From assembly GCF_964204645.1 (NCBI RefSeq), contig NC_134032.1:868001-932000 (forward strand): a stretch of DNA of 64,000 nt, given 5' to 3'. The position numbers and the translations under genes are program-made. Origin of the DNA: Tubulanus polymorphus. Lineage: Eukaryota > Animalia > Nemertea. Position 1 is the stretch's first letter. Each line of letters begins with the position of its first letter. Positions 25,901-37,300 of the stretch are shown piece after piece. The notes under the pieces were generated by a model, which saw only the letters and a program-made list of their open reading frames with translations, was not told where the DNA came from and did no database searches.

Positions 25901-26612
25901 CTATTTCGATTTTGCTGGTTCATAAAAAGGCCTCAGTAATACTCCGTAACCCTTGCTTGCCAGAGTAGACTTACGTTAGTGTATGCAAATCCCGCTAACA
26001 ATGAGCATAGCGGCAGCACCGTACGGCAAATCTTTGATGTCTTAACAAAAGTAATTTCTGGCACTTATTTAGAGTGGTCCTGATGCTGAATAGAGGATGT
26101 ACAGGGGTGTTCCGGGATCGATCCCGGTCTATTGGTACTGATTCTGAGTGCCGGGGTCCTGATGCTGGATAGAGAATGTACAGGGTCGTCCCGGGTTCGA
26201 TCCCTGTCTATTGGTACTGATTCTGAGTGGTCCTGATGCTGAATAGAGGATGTACAGGGGTGCCCAGGTTCGATCCTGGTCTATTGTTACTGATTCTGAG
26301 TGTTCCTGATGCTGAATAGATGATGTATTGACGTGTATCGGCCGTACGGTGCTGCCGCTATGCTCATCGTTAGCGGGTTTTTCATACATTAACGTAAGTC
26401 AACTCTGGCAATCGACGTGCTCTCCAGTAATACTCCGTAACCCTTGCTTGCCAGAGTAGACTTACGTTAGTGTATGTAAATCCCGCTAACAATGAGCATA
26501 GCGGCAGCACCGTACGGTAAAATGTTGATATCTTAACAAAAGTAATTACTGGCACTTACTCAAGGTGGTCCTTATGCTGAATAGAGGATGTACAGGTGTG
26601 TCCCGGGCTCAA
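10925..26612 (+). repeat. 15.6-kb compound satellite: ~150 monomers of 73-75 bp interspersed with 23 hairpin (MITE-like) modules
   Basis: Monomer gagtggtcctgatgctgaatagaggatgtacagggg...ggttcgatcc.ggtctattggtactgattct. Hairpin left arm starts at 11241 (truncated), 12120, 12697, 13109, 13594, 14161, 14573, 15285, 15697, 16186, 17041, 17528, 18462, 19616, 20398, 21032, 21741, 22599, 23161, 23870, 24728, 25512, 26342. Confidence 0.97.
25602..25933. mobile_element. PIF/Harbinger-type MITE inserted in the loop of hairpin copy 22
   Basis: Perfect 16-bp TIR AGGCCTTTTTATGAAC / GTTCATAAAAAGGCCT; 3-bp TSD CAG (25599-25601, 25934-25936); the empty site is visible in the other full hairpin copies. Confidence 0.9.
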
Positions 26613-26889
26613 AACGGTGAAATGTATCTAGAAAACACCATATTTGGGATGCAAGCTACCCTTCCTTGTGTTTGTCGGGTCTTCCGCGTAAGATATTCAT
26701 GACGTCATCAAAACGACAGAAAAATAAAACGCTAACGACTGTTTAATGGTTATATTCAAATTATCTTCTGAAATTAATTCATTCCTTTTTAGTTCATACA
26801 ATCAATGAAAATATGGATCCAGTTTCATAGTGCTGAGATTTATCATAACATTTAAGATTTCACCGCGAAAAGTGGAACTGGAACCACCT

Positions 26890-27607
26890 GCCGGTTGCAT
26901 AGTCATTCATGGCTTAGACTTTCGACCAGACTAAGACCAGTTCTACAGCCAATCTGACATAAACTTAAAACAGTCTTAAGATTTAATATTAGACCTAAGA
27001 CCATAGTTCTATAGCCAATCTAACAACTTACGACCAGTCTAAACACATTTTGGTTCTATAACCAATCTAACAACTTAAGACCAGTCCAAGACCAACTTAG
27101 TTCTATAACCAATCTAACAACTTAAAACCAGTCTAAGCTCATTTTGGTTCTATAACCAATCTAACAACTTAAGACCAGTCTAAGACCAACTTAGTTCTAT
27201 AACCAATCTAACAACTTAAAACCAGTCTAAGCTCATTTTGGTTCTATAACCAATCTAACAACTTAAGACCAGTCTAAGACCAACTTAGTTCTATAACCAA
27301 TCTAACAACTTAAAACCAGTCTAAGCTCATTTTAGTTCTATAACCAATCTAACAACTTAAGACCAGTCTAAGACCAACTTAGTTCTATAACCAATCTAAC
27401 AACTTAAAACCAGTCTAAACTCATTTTGGTTCTATAACCAATCTAACAACTTGAGACCAGTCTAAGTTCATTTTGGTTTTATAACCAATCTAACAACTAA
27501 AGACCAGTCTAAGCTCATTTTGGTTCTATGGCCGATCTAAAAACTAAAGACCAGTCTTAAGATTGAAGACCACTTTTGGACTCAAGTCATGACTATGCAA
27601 CTGGCCC
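26890..27607 (-). mobile_element. Second copy of the 47-bp-repeat MITE family, inverted relative to 9628-10213
   Basis: Unit taacaacttaagaccagtctaagctcattttggttctataaccaatc; termini GCCGGTTGCATAGTCA / TGACTATGCAACTGGC. Confidence 0.7.
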
Positions 27608-27784
27608 CGGGTGGGGGGCAAAAGTAGTAACAATAAACTTTTAATTGTCACTATTAATAGTCAACTATCCACTGGTAACTATAACAACCAACTTAGAGGC
27701 AACTGACTCCTGCACAGTCATAAACAAACATTAGAAACATATTACAAATATACAAATATTAGACAGATAAATACTTATTTACAA

Positions 27785-27790
27785 TTTATT
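27785..27790 (-). terminator. Probable polyadenylation signal of the receptor gene
   Basis: AATAAA on minus, ~575 nt after the stop, followed by a GT-rich tract. Confidence 0.45.
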
Positions 27791-28033
27791 ATTATTTAAA
27801 GAATATGATGTCTTGATTTTTATAAAATTCGACTTGGACAAATTATTATTTATTATTATCATCATCATTACTTTATTTCCTGCATAAATTATGACATAGA
27901 ATAATCCTGTTCATCAGTTTTTTAAGACAGAATATGATTATATGATCATTATAAAAATCTTACAATATATCGGTGGGACAACATAAAGAAGCAAAGCTTG
28001 TCGCATATGCTGACCGAAAAATAAAAATAGTTA

Positions 28034-28254
28034 GGCTAAAAAAAATTGCTACCTTGTTTCTCCGCTCTGCTGAGCTTAAATGTTGACCCGGCCGGCCGCC
28101 TATCTACCCTATACATTACTTTTTTTTAAAATGGTGATCAATTTTACCATAACAGACCCGGCCGCTATAGAAATGAACTGTTTATAAATTTTATCATATT
28201 TTTAAAAAATGACCCGGCCGCTGCGGAGAAACAAGGTATCATTTTTGTTTAGCC
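28034..28254. mobile_element. MITE with 3-bp TTA TSD (Harbinger/Zator-like); further copies at 49989-50197 and 58190-58407
   Basis: TTA|GGCTAAAAAAAATTGCTACCTTGTTTCTCCGC...GCGGAGAAACAAGGTATCATTTTTGTTTAGCC|TTA. Confidence 0.8.
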
Positions 28255-28362
28255 TTACAGATAATAGATAGAAAAAACAAACAACACAAAAAAGAAATGA
28301 GAAAAGAAAATTCAAAACGATAGGAATTGATTGTCACGATTGGGATTTATAATTCACTGGTT

Positions 28363-31300
28363 TCAGTGTTTGTTTAGTTCTGTTAAAGGTATCGCAGGTC
28401 GACTGAAGTCTAATTCACCGTACAATCCGACGTCTTCCTCGGCGCCTAGGATCACTCGTGGAGCAGTACGCCCCCTAGAGGTGCTCGGTTGAAGCCTCGC
28501 GGTGTCCGGTCGGGACATGTTGTCTAGTCGTGCATAGATCGTCCCATCTTCACCGATATCCTGGAGACAAAAAAGATGTTTAATTATCTCGCAATTTATG
28601 CGGGTATTAACAACCGTTACCGCCCTCAGTGTGGACCCCTCACCCCCTCAGTGTGGACCCCTCACCCCCTCAGTGTGGACCCCTCACCCCCTCAGTGTGG
28701 ACTCCTCTGTCGAAACCCTGCACCCCCTCAGCCAGAAACTTGCATTCCCTTCAGATTGTTGAAGTGTTGGCTCCATGCTATAGATTGAGGGAGTGTGGGT
28801 GGCTCCACGCTATAGATTGAGGGGGTGTGGGTGGCTCCATGCGATAGATTGAGGGGATGTGGGTGGATCCATGCTATAGATCGAGGGGGTGTGGGTGGCT
28901 CCACGCTAAAGATCGAGGGGGTGTGGGTGGTTCCACGCTTTAGATCGAGGGGGTGTGGGTGGCTCCATGCTATAGATCGAGGGGGTGTGGGTGGCTCCAC
29001 GCTATAGATCGAAGGGGTGTAGGTTGTTCCATGCTATAGATCGAGGGGGTGTGGGTGGATCTAGGTCGGGATACAAACCTCAATATAAACACTTTCAGCC
29101 GTGAAATCATCATCTTCGGCATTCTCAACTAGAAAAAAAAAATACATTTCAGAAATAGAATCGGTTTAAGAAATTCAAAACGGATTCCGGCTGGACGCGA
29201 GGACCTGCGCGCGCACCTTCAATGAAACCGACACCAGCAGCAGGTGGAGTAGCTGGAGTAGATGGAGCAGCTGGAGGAACAGTTCGTCTGCCGATCCGAG
29301 CTACAAAACACAGAGAAATATCGCGTTATCACGGAGAATTCCGACGGAGTCAGTTAGGTCATTTCAAACATGTTAAAACACGAGTTACCACTAGCGCCAA
29401 CGGAACATTCATAAACGACATCCGGTTCAGAAACCACATCTGAAAAAAGAAATAGACGAATATTTAACAGTTCAGTGAAATCATCGCCACATTACAACCT
29501 GTCGTCTCTATATTTTGAGTCTCAATTTGTATTTCTAATTCATTTTACTAAGTGTAAGTCGTCATTTGGATAAGTCGTCACATTACTGAAGTCATCTCTA
29601 TTTTTTAACTCCTAATTCTTATTTCTGATTCATTTCACTCTAAGAGTTTCACTGTATTTCTCATCAACAGTAAACTTTTTTAGGTCAAGGACTCGATGAG
29701 TTTTAGGAATAGTTTGTTTCGGAATTAAGGAAGGACTAGTACCGGTACTAGTACTGAACTGTTCACTGCACTAGCCAAATCTACGGATTAGAACCTACAG
29801 TTTATAGTTAATTTACGGTTCATATGGTTGCCAGTTATTAAGAGTAAGACAAGAAAATAAGATAAAAACCCACTATCTACAAATTAAAAGAATTCAAAAA
29901 CAAGAATTAATTTATTCAATCTAAAATATATAGAATACTCGACGTTTCGATCTCACCCAAGATATCATCGTCAGGTGTCTGAGATCGAAACGTCGTGTAT
30001 TCTATATATATTTTAGATTGAATAAATAAATTCTTGTTTTTAAATTCTTTTTAATCTGTAAATAGTGGGATTTTATCTTATTATCCGTTCACCACGTTTG
30101 AGTGTGGTTATCGTTCTATTACAAGAAGTTTTGAGCACCAAATGATAGAACGATATCGGGTATTGTAATCAGGTCATCACACCTGACTGGTCACCACTCG
30201 ACTGTGATGATTGCTTAGGGCTAATTCCACACGTCTATGTCTTGCCTAGATCATAAATATTTGGTGATAATCTTCGAGTCTAAAAATTCATATTTCTAAT
30301 TCAATTTTCTAAGTGTAAGTCATCATTTGTATGAACTGTCAGCATCATTATCGGGTTCCTGACTAATATAGACAATCTCTAGATATTACAATAATTTATG
30401 CATGGAATATTCACTAGGTTCCGATGCTGATGAAACTGGATTTACAGCAATATTACGACATTGAGTGACGAGTTCTCAAACCCCGTGTAAAAGATAAACA
30501 ACAAACCAGTAGTATCCCTGTTATACATGTTTCTGCGGTGTATATACAACACGACCGTTACTACGATAATGATTGCGATCACAATTGTGAAACCGATTGC
30601 ACTGCCAACTGTTGCCCAGAAACTAGCCATCGCAGAACCAGCATTTTTAGAATCTGCAATTATATAAAACCCACCAGTATGTACACAGTTTCAAATTAAT
30701 TATTTTCGTGGCATTTTTGTTTCAAAAAAAAAAGTTTTTTGAGTAACATGATTTAATCGCGGTATTTATTTCGCAAATGAATGTAAACTTTCTAAACCTT
30801 TGGTGATCAATAAAAATAACTCACTTGATGTTGAGGTGGTTTCTGTGACTTGTGTCACTGTTGATGGTCCTACAATTATAAATATATATATGTTTGTTCA
30901 ATTTTAAAATGGTACCTAACCCAACCTGCAAGGGGCTCATGTAACCAATTGATTGTACACTTTTTAAACATCTGTAAAAATAACTCACTTGATGTTGAGG
31001 TGGTTTCTGTGACTTGTGTAACTGTTGATGGTCCTACAATGATATATTATGGATTTTGAATATGGTTCGACTCGTGGCGCCGCCGTGTTTTAACTGAAGT
31101 TCAAGTAACAGGACTTAGATTCAACTCCACACTATCAAACAAACTAACAACTTACGCAACCATTTTCGGGCTTAAGAAGTCACAACTGTGCAGGTTGTGC
31201 TACTCACCAAAACCTACAGTGTTTAACTCGATGTACTCATTGTGGTACTCACCAAACTGTACAGTGTTTAACTCGATGTACTCATCGTGGTACTCACCAA

Positions 31301-34300
31301 ACTGTACAGTGTTTTTTAACTCGATGTACTCATTGTGGTACTCACCAAACTGTACAGCGTTTAACTCGATGTACTCATTGTGGTACTCACCAAACTGCAC
31401 AGTGTTTAACTCGATTTACTCATTGTGGTACTCACCAAACTGTACAGTGTTTAACTCGATGTACTCATTGTGGTACTCACCAAACTGCACAGTGTTTAAC
31501 TCAATAAAAGCCACTTGATTCGATCTAATGTATGTGATGGCGGATGAGTAGATCATCGTTTTTGTTGTGTCAGCGACAAATTGTTGATTCGGGAAAATCT
31601 TACTGGAGATCATTGTGAACTACAATGAGAAAATCATCAGAGATAGATTTAAAAACCTGAGTGAGGTGTGAGGTGAGGGAGTGAGGAGAAGCGAGAGGGT
31701 ATGAGGAGGGTAGAGTAGAAGGGGAGATTGTGAGGGGTGAGGAGGTGAGAGAGTGAGAGGGTGTGAGGTGAGAGTGAGAGGGTGTGAGGAGGTGAGGGAG
31801 TGAGGAGTGAGAGAGTTAGTGAGGAGGTGAGGGAGTGAGAGGGTGTGAGGAGGGTAGAGTAGGAGGGGGATTGTGAGGGGTGAGGAGGTGAGAGAGTGAG
31901 AGGGTGTGAGGTGAGAGTGAGAGGGTGTGAGGAGGTGAGGGAGTGAGGAGTGAGAGAGTTAGTGAGGAGGTGAGGGAGTGAGAGGGTGTGAGGAGGGTAG
32001 AGTAGGAGGGGAGATTGTGAGGGGTGAGGAGGGGAGATTGTGAGGGGTGAGGAGGTGAGAGTGAGAGGGTATGAGGAGGGTAGAGTAGGAGGGGAGATTG
32101 TGAGGGGTGAGGAGGGGAGATTGTGAGGGGTGAGGAGGTGAGAGTGAGAGGGTATGAGGAGGGTAGAGTAGGAGGGGAGATTGTGAGGGGTGAGGAGGGG
32201 AGATTGTGAGGGGTGAGGAGGTGAGAGTGAGATGGTGTGAGGAGGGTAGAGTAGGAGGGGAGATTGTGAGGGGTGAGGAGGGGAGAGTGAGAGGGTGTGA
32301 GGAGGGTAGAGTAGGAGGGGAGATTGTGAGGGGTGAGGAGGGGAGATTGTGAGGGGTGAGGAGGTGAGAGTGAGAGGGTATGAGGAGGGTAGAGTAGGAG
32401 GGAGATTGTGAGGGGTGAGGAGGGGAGATTGTGAGGGGTGAGGAGGTGAGAGTGAGAGGGTATGAGGAGGGTAGAGTAGAAGGGGAGATTGTGAGGGGTG
32501 AGGAGGGGAGATTGTGAGGGGTGAGGAGGTGAGGGAGTGAGAGGGTGTGAGGAGGGTAGAGTAGGAGGGGAGATTGTGAGGGGTGAGGATGGCGGTGAGA
32601 GGGAGTAAGGGGAAGAGGGCAACTGGGAACCTGTATTACTTATTGTTCATCGAGAACTACAACAAGAAAATCATCAGAAACAAATTGTAAAATTTGAGAG
32701 AGGTGAGGGAGTGAGGAGGAAAGAGGGGTGAGATTTGTATTGATTATTTCAATCAATTCACCTGAAAAATGTAAATCGTTGATGATCCTCGATTCCAGAT
32801 AGCGACGCGAGTAGGTTGACCTATATTACGAGCAGGTTGACCTACATTACAGGTAGGTTGACCTAGATCACGAGTTTTGGTGGTTAGCATCTGTATCTGG
32901 TGACCTGTAGTGATGTGACCGAGTCGACTGAAACCAGATTGAACTCCATTCGATCCAAACAGATTCATATAAAGCTCCTCAGTTTCTTTATCAGTTTTAA
33001 TCTTGATTTTCCATTCAACTGAAACAATTAAAACTGTCATTAACAATCACTGTGTTTATAACTGATAGTTATATTCATCAATATTTGTGTTGAGAAATTC
33101 ATCAAATTCAGATCTAATTTTGCACCTTCTCTGGTTGTATTCGGGACCAGAGAAACTTCGTTGTAATCGTTTCTACCCAAGAGAACATTAAAACCGAAAT
33201 ACGTTTCAGTGACGTTATCAGATTTGAGTTCAACCTGAAATAATGTGCATAAACAAGTGTATAAACGACTGTGAATTCATTTTACCAGTCCGGACTACAG
33301 TTTAGGACTTATTGACAACTTACTCGTTTTAGGAACCACCAATTTTCTCCATATCCTGGTTCGCATTTTATTTTTACAGTTTTAGGTTTTCCAATATTTC
33401 TCGTGAAGATGATCACATCTTTTCGTTCTCTGTGTTCCCCGAATAGTGAACCTAGATATGTAAACTGTGATTCATTTCGGTCACCGATAATCTGAATATC
33501 AACTCTTCCACTGGTATAGTGTAACCTGGAACTACTCCGCTTGATTCCACTAAAAACAGCGATCTGCCATTTAACTAGAAATAACAGGAAAAAAATATGA
33601 CTTTTCACACTTGACCTCGATCTGTGAGGAGGGACCCTTTTACGACCTTTGAGGATAATTCAAACACCGGATAATCATCATTATCACCATTATTTCAGCG
33701 TGGAGCCTTAGTAGACTTTACACCTTGCCCGCTTGGGGCGTTAAGTTGCTCATAACTCAGGTTTTAAAAGAACAGGTTTGTTAGCCTAGGCTTACCGCCA
33801 CAGTCTAATTATAAGTTCAGTTCATAAGGTATTCTGCGTTCAATAATACGTTTTAACGAACCTGGTTTATGAATTCTTGATTGATAATTACAAGTCTTTG
33901 TGTCTGCATAGCTGTTAATACAGTTATACATGTACACAACATTGTCACCATCTATCACACCTACTAGCGCCACCTATTGAATATAAATATATGAGTTAAT
34001 ATCAAATTCACACCGGCCTCTCTCTCCCCTCCCTCTCCATATTTCTATAACCTGGATGACGCGCCAGTTTGTAGTCAGTGCAGTTTTCAGCATGAGTTTT
34101 CTCGGTGGATGTGGATTTGTGATGTTCACTGGTAACAACAGTTCGTGAGTCTTGTTTGACCCGGCCTTGAACTCGGTTCCCAGGTGGAAGTACGTGACGT
34201 CACTACCTGTCTCACCGAAACCTAACATGACAGTTTGTGTTGTACCTGTATCCCCTGTAAACACTATCACCTGCCAAACTGAACCAGAAAGAAATAACAA

Positions 34301-37300
34301 CTGATTTATGTGGTATCCATGGATCTCATCAGTTTCAGAATTTCGTTCAAATATTTCAGTTTTTACCATTTTTATCATTAAGCTATCTTTACCTTTCCCT
34401 CGTACAAACCGCCAGGACAGTTTGAACCCGACATAGTTTCTAGAGGTGTCTGATGTGAATTGTATTGTTATATTTCCAATGTATAATCGTTTACCAGGAG
34501 CTGTCCAGCCACAATACTTATCACTCCCTGATGAAGAAATAAATCTGATAAAACTTCATGAATCATAAAAATTATTCACGTTGTGAAGTGTTTAGATTTT
34601 TACCGGTTTCACTCCTTATCGTCAACTCGTCACAACAAACAACTTCACTTTTGGTCTCTATACGAAAATTCTTGTCAAATGATATTTCAACCAGCTGCAA
34701 AAATATATATATACGAACTTAGAATTAAATTATCATTCATTATCTATTTCAGGAACCGTTTATTTTGATCAATTTTAACTTAAACCCGGAATTATCGGTT
34801 AAACTAAATCCCGGGATAAGGTTAGACCTAATCTTAGCCCCATTGAGTTTCTACTAGTGCAAATATTACTCACTCCTGAGACCTGCTCGTGCAGAAATCG
34901 CGACAATATCATTTTTTTTTCTCTAGGATCAACATTTCACAAATATATATTTACCATGTTTTCAGGGGATTTAATTATCCAGTAACAGTTGTGGCCGGAA
35001 TAATAGTCGTCCGGATAATTGGGACTGGTAATGTAACCTGATGTATCATCCTGTACTCTAGGTTTCTTACTACAAGTCGAATCAACTACAAATAAATATT
35101 GAATTGAATTGTTTTATATGTGATTTACTGATTCCATGATAAACTTCTCATTATGAGCTACCTTTTAATATCCTCCAAATCAGTTTAAACCCTTTATAGT
35201 TTTCACTGTTGTCTGATCTAAACTGTATATACACATTACCGGTATAGAATAGTGTAGAGGGCGCTGTACTGCCACAATAGTACTTTCCCCTTACTGTAAT
35301 ACAATAATCATAATGATTCTAATATATCTTTATTCATCTCCACTTTTACTAAATAATTATTATATAAATACTGATAAAAGATGAAAGTTAAAAGTAAATA
35401 CACAAATATAATTCAGAGTTCAGTTTCACTGACAAGATTTAAAACCATTCTAAAGAGTGAAGACTATTTTTGGACTCATGCGAAATTAAATCATGATTTG
35501 TTTCGTAAAAAGAAAATAATGAAGAACGTAATTCGATTCTTACTCTCTATATAGTCAACGCAATACCCGTTATGTTTGGGCTGCAGGTCGAATGTTTCAA
35601 ACGATATTTTCAGTATCTGAAATAAAAATAATTTAGATTCATCGTTATTGAAATGTGTTCGCACCATTCTAACTGGTTGTAATCATTAAGGGTTAGCCCT
35701 ATTGATAATGAGTGATGTAATGTAATAGTTAAACAGTTCAGCACCCGATTGTCAGGTTCAAAGAGAAAAATATAAGTTCCGTTCCAAACTCGTACAAAAT
35801 GTGCTGACAAAAATATTCTTCCTAAAGCCCGGCGCAAACCTGTGCGATCGATCGTATGATTGCTTCATCACATGGTTTTATCGCTTCGCCGTAAAGGTAT
35901 GCGGTGGCATCCGGAGCCGATTACATCGCATCATCGCAACAAATCAAACATGTTCGATATTTTCGCATGCCATTTTTCCGTGCTATCAAAATCGTAAAGG
36001 TCTGCGGGCTACGCTGCCGATTTTCCGAACGAAGTTTTTTTTAGTAGCTTTTAGAAGTTTTTAGGGGATGATGCAATTTTCATTGTGTCATCGCATGCGA
36101 TGATATGATGATCGCAAAGGTGTGCGCACCCGGTTTAACAGTGAATATTTCTCACTCTTGAGATTCACAATTTCCTGTGTTTTATATTTACCGTGTTTAC
36201 AGGTACCGGAATCATCCATAAACAGTAATGGTTGTAACGATAACTGTCCGGAAACCCCGGACTAGTGATGTACCCTGATCTACCGGTCTGTTCTCTATAT
36301 GACCGACTACACGTTGAATCTGTGTTCTTGTCTGCTAATATAGAAAAAATATCAATGAACTTATACAGAAACTGCTGCCGCCTGATATCATGGCGCGGAA
36401 ATACTATCAAAATTAAAGCAGCAAATTAATTTTATTCAAAATTCTGTCTCATTTCACAACACATTTTATAGACATACGGCGCTGACTATTAGGGGTTAAG
36501 GTTAGGTTGAGGGCTGGTAAAAGATTCCGACTGTATTTGACTGTGCCACGGTGGTCTAGTAGTAAGTAACTGTGCCAGCGCTCGCAGGCCTCAGTTTCAA
36601 TACTGTTCTATTTTCTCTCCGCTGTATTTTCTGTACACATTTTTAAAGTCGCGCACCTCAGTGCGCATGCGCGGTGTAAATTAGCCAATCAGAGCGAGTT
36701 ATCGGCAAAATAGTGTTTACAGGAATAATTATGCTACGTCGGTGAATCATCGCTCGCCCCCAAAAACCTGACCTGGTCTGAATAAAGATGGCCGACTAGC
36801 GGCCATTATTCTTCGCTGAAATCCGCACTTTAACACATTCTAAAAATTTTTAAGGGAAATTTTAAAGATGCTTTGATCAGTTCATCTTTCTTACATTTGT
36901 ATCTCCCAAGCGCCGATCGGCTTACGAAATAGGTCGGTCGGCTGTGTGTGATCGTTTTGTTCCCAAAAAGGTCGACTGATTTTGGTTTCACCTTTTGCTC
37001 TACGATCCTAGACACTAGGTTCGCGGTGTAATTTATGCCTGAATTCAGAGACCTTCATCTATTCCTCGCTTGCAAGGGTTTGATTCCCTACCGCTAACAC
37101 AAACCCTTCAATCGACTACTATATTGCCTATGCTTTATTGAAATAAAAGAATTGCCCATGAAAACTGCTTGCTACAGGTCCGGAACAACGGGTCATATTG
37201 GCCATTTACTGAAGTAGAAAGTCACAGTTTTAACTGCTGTCAATGTGTAATGTATAAATGCGTCACGTCAAAATCTAATCTATTAATAGATTTACAATCA

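Noticed and set aside
11106-26389. Dozens of minus-strand ORFs (MYEKPANDEH..., MKSGNPW...)
   Set aside because: Translations of the satellite; 73-75-bp units shift frame, starts are GTG/TTG, and there are no splice signals or domains.
10925-26612. CRISPR-like repeat-spacer array
   Set aside because: Inter-hairpin segments are copies of one monomer, not unique spacers; no cas genes; eukaryotic context.
31816-32622. 268-aa Pro/Ser/His-rich ORF
   Set aside because: Low-complexity intronic repeat lacking stops by composition.
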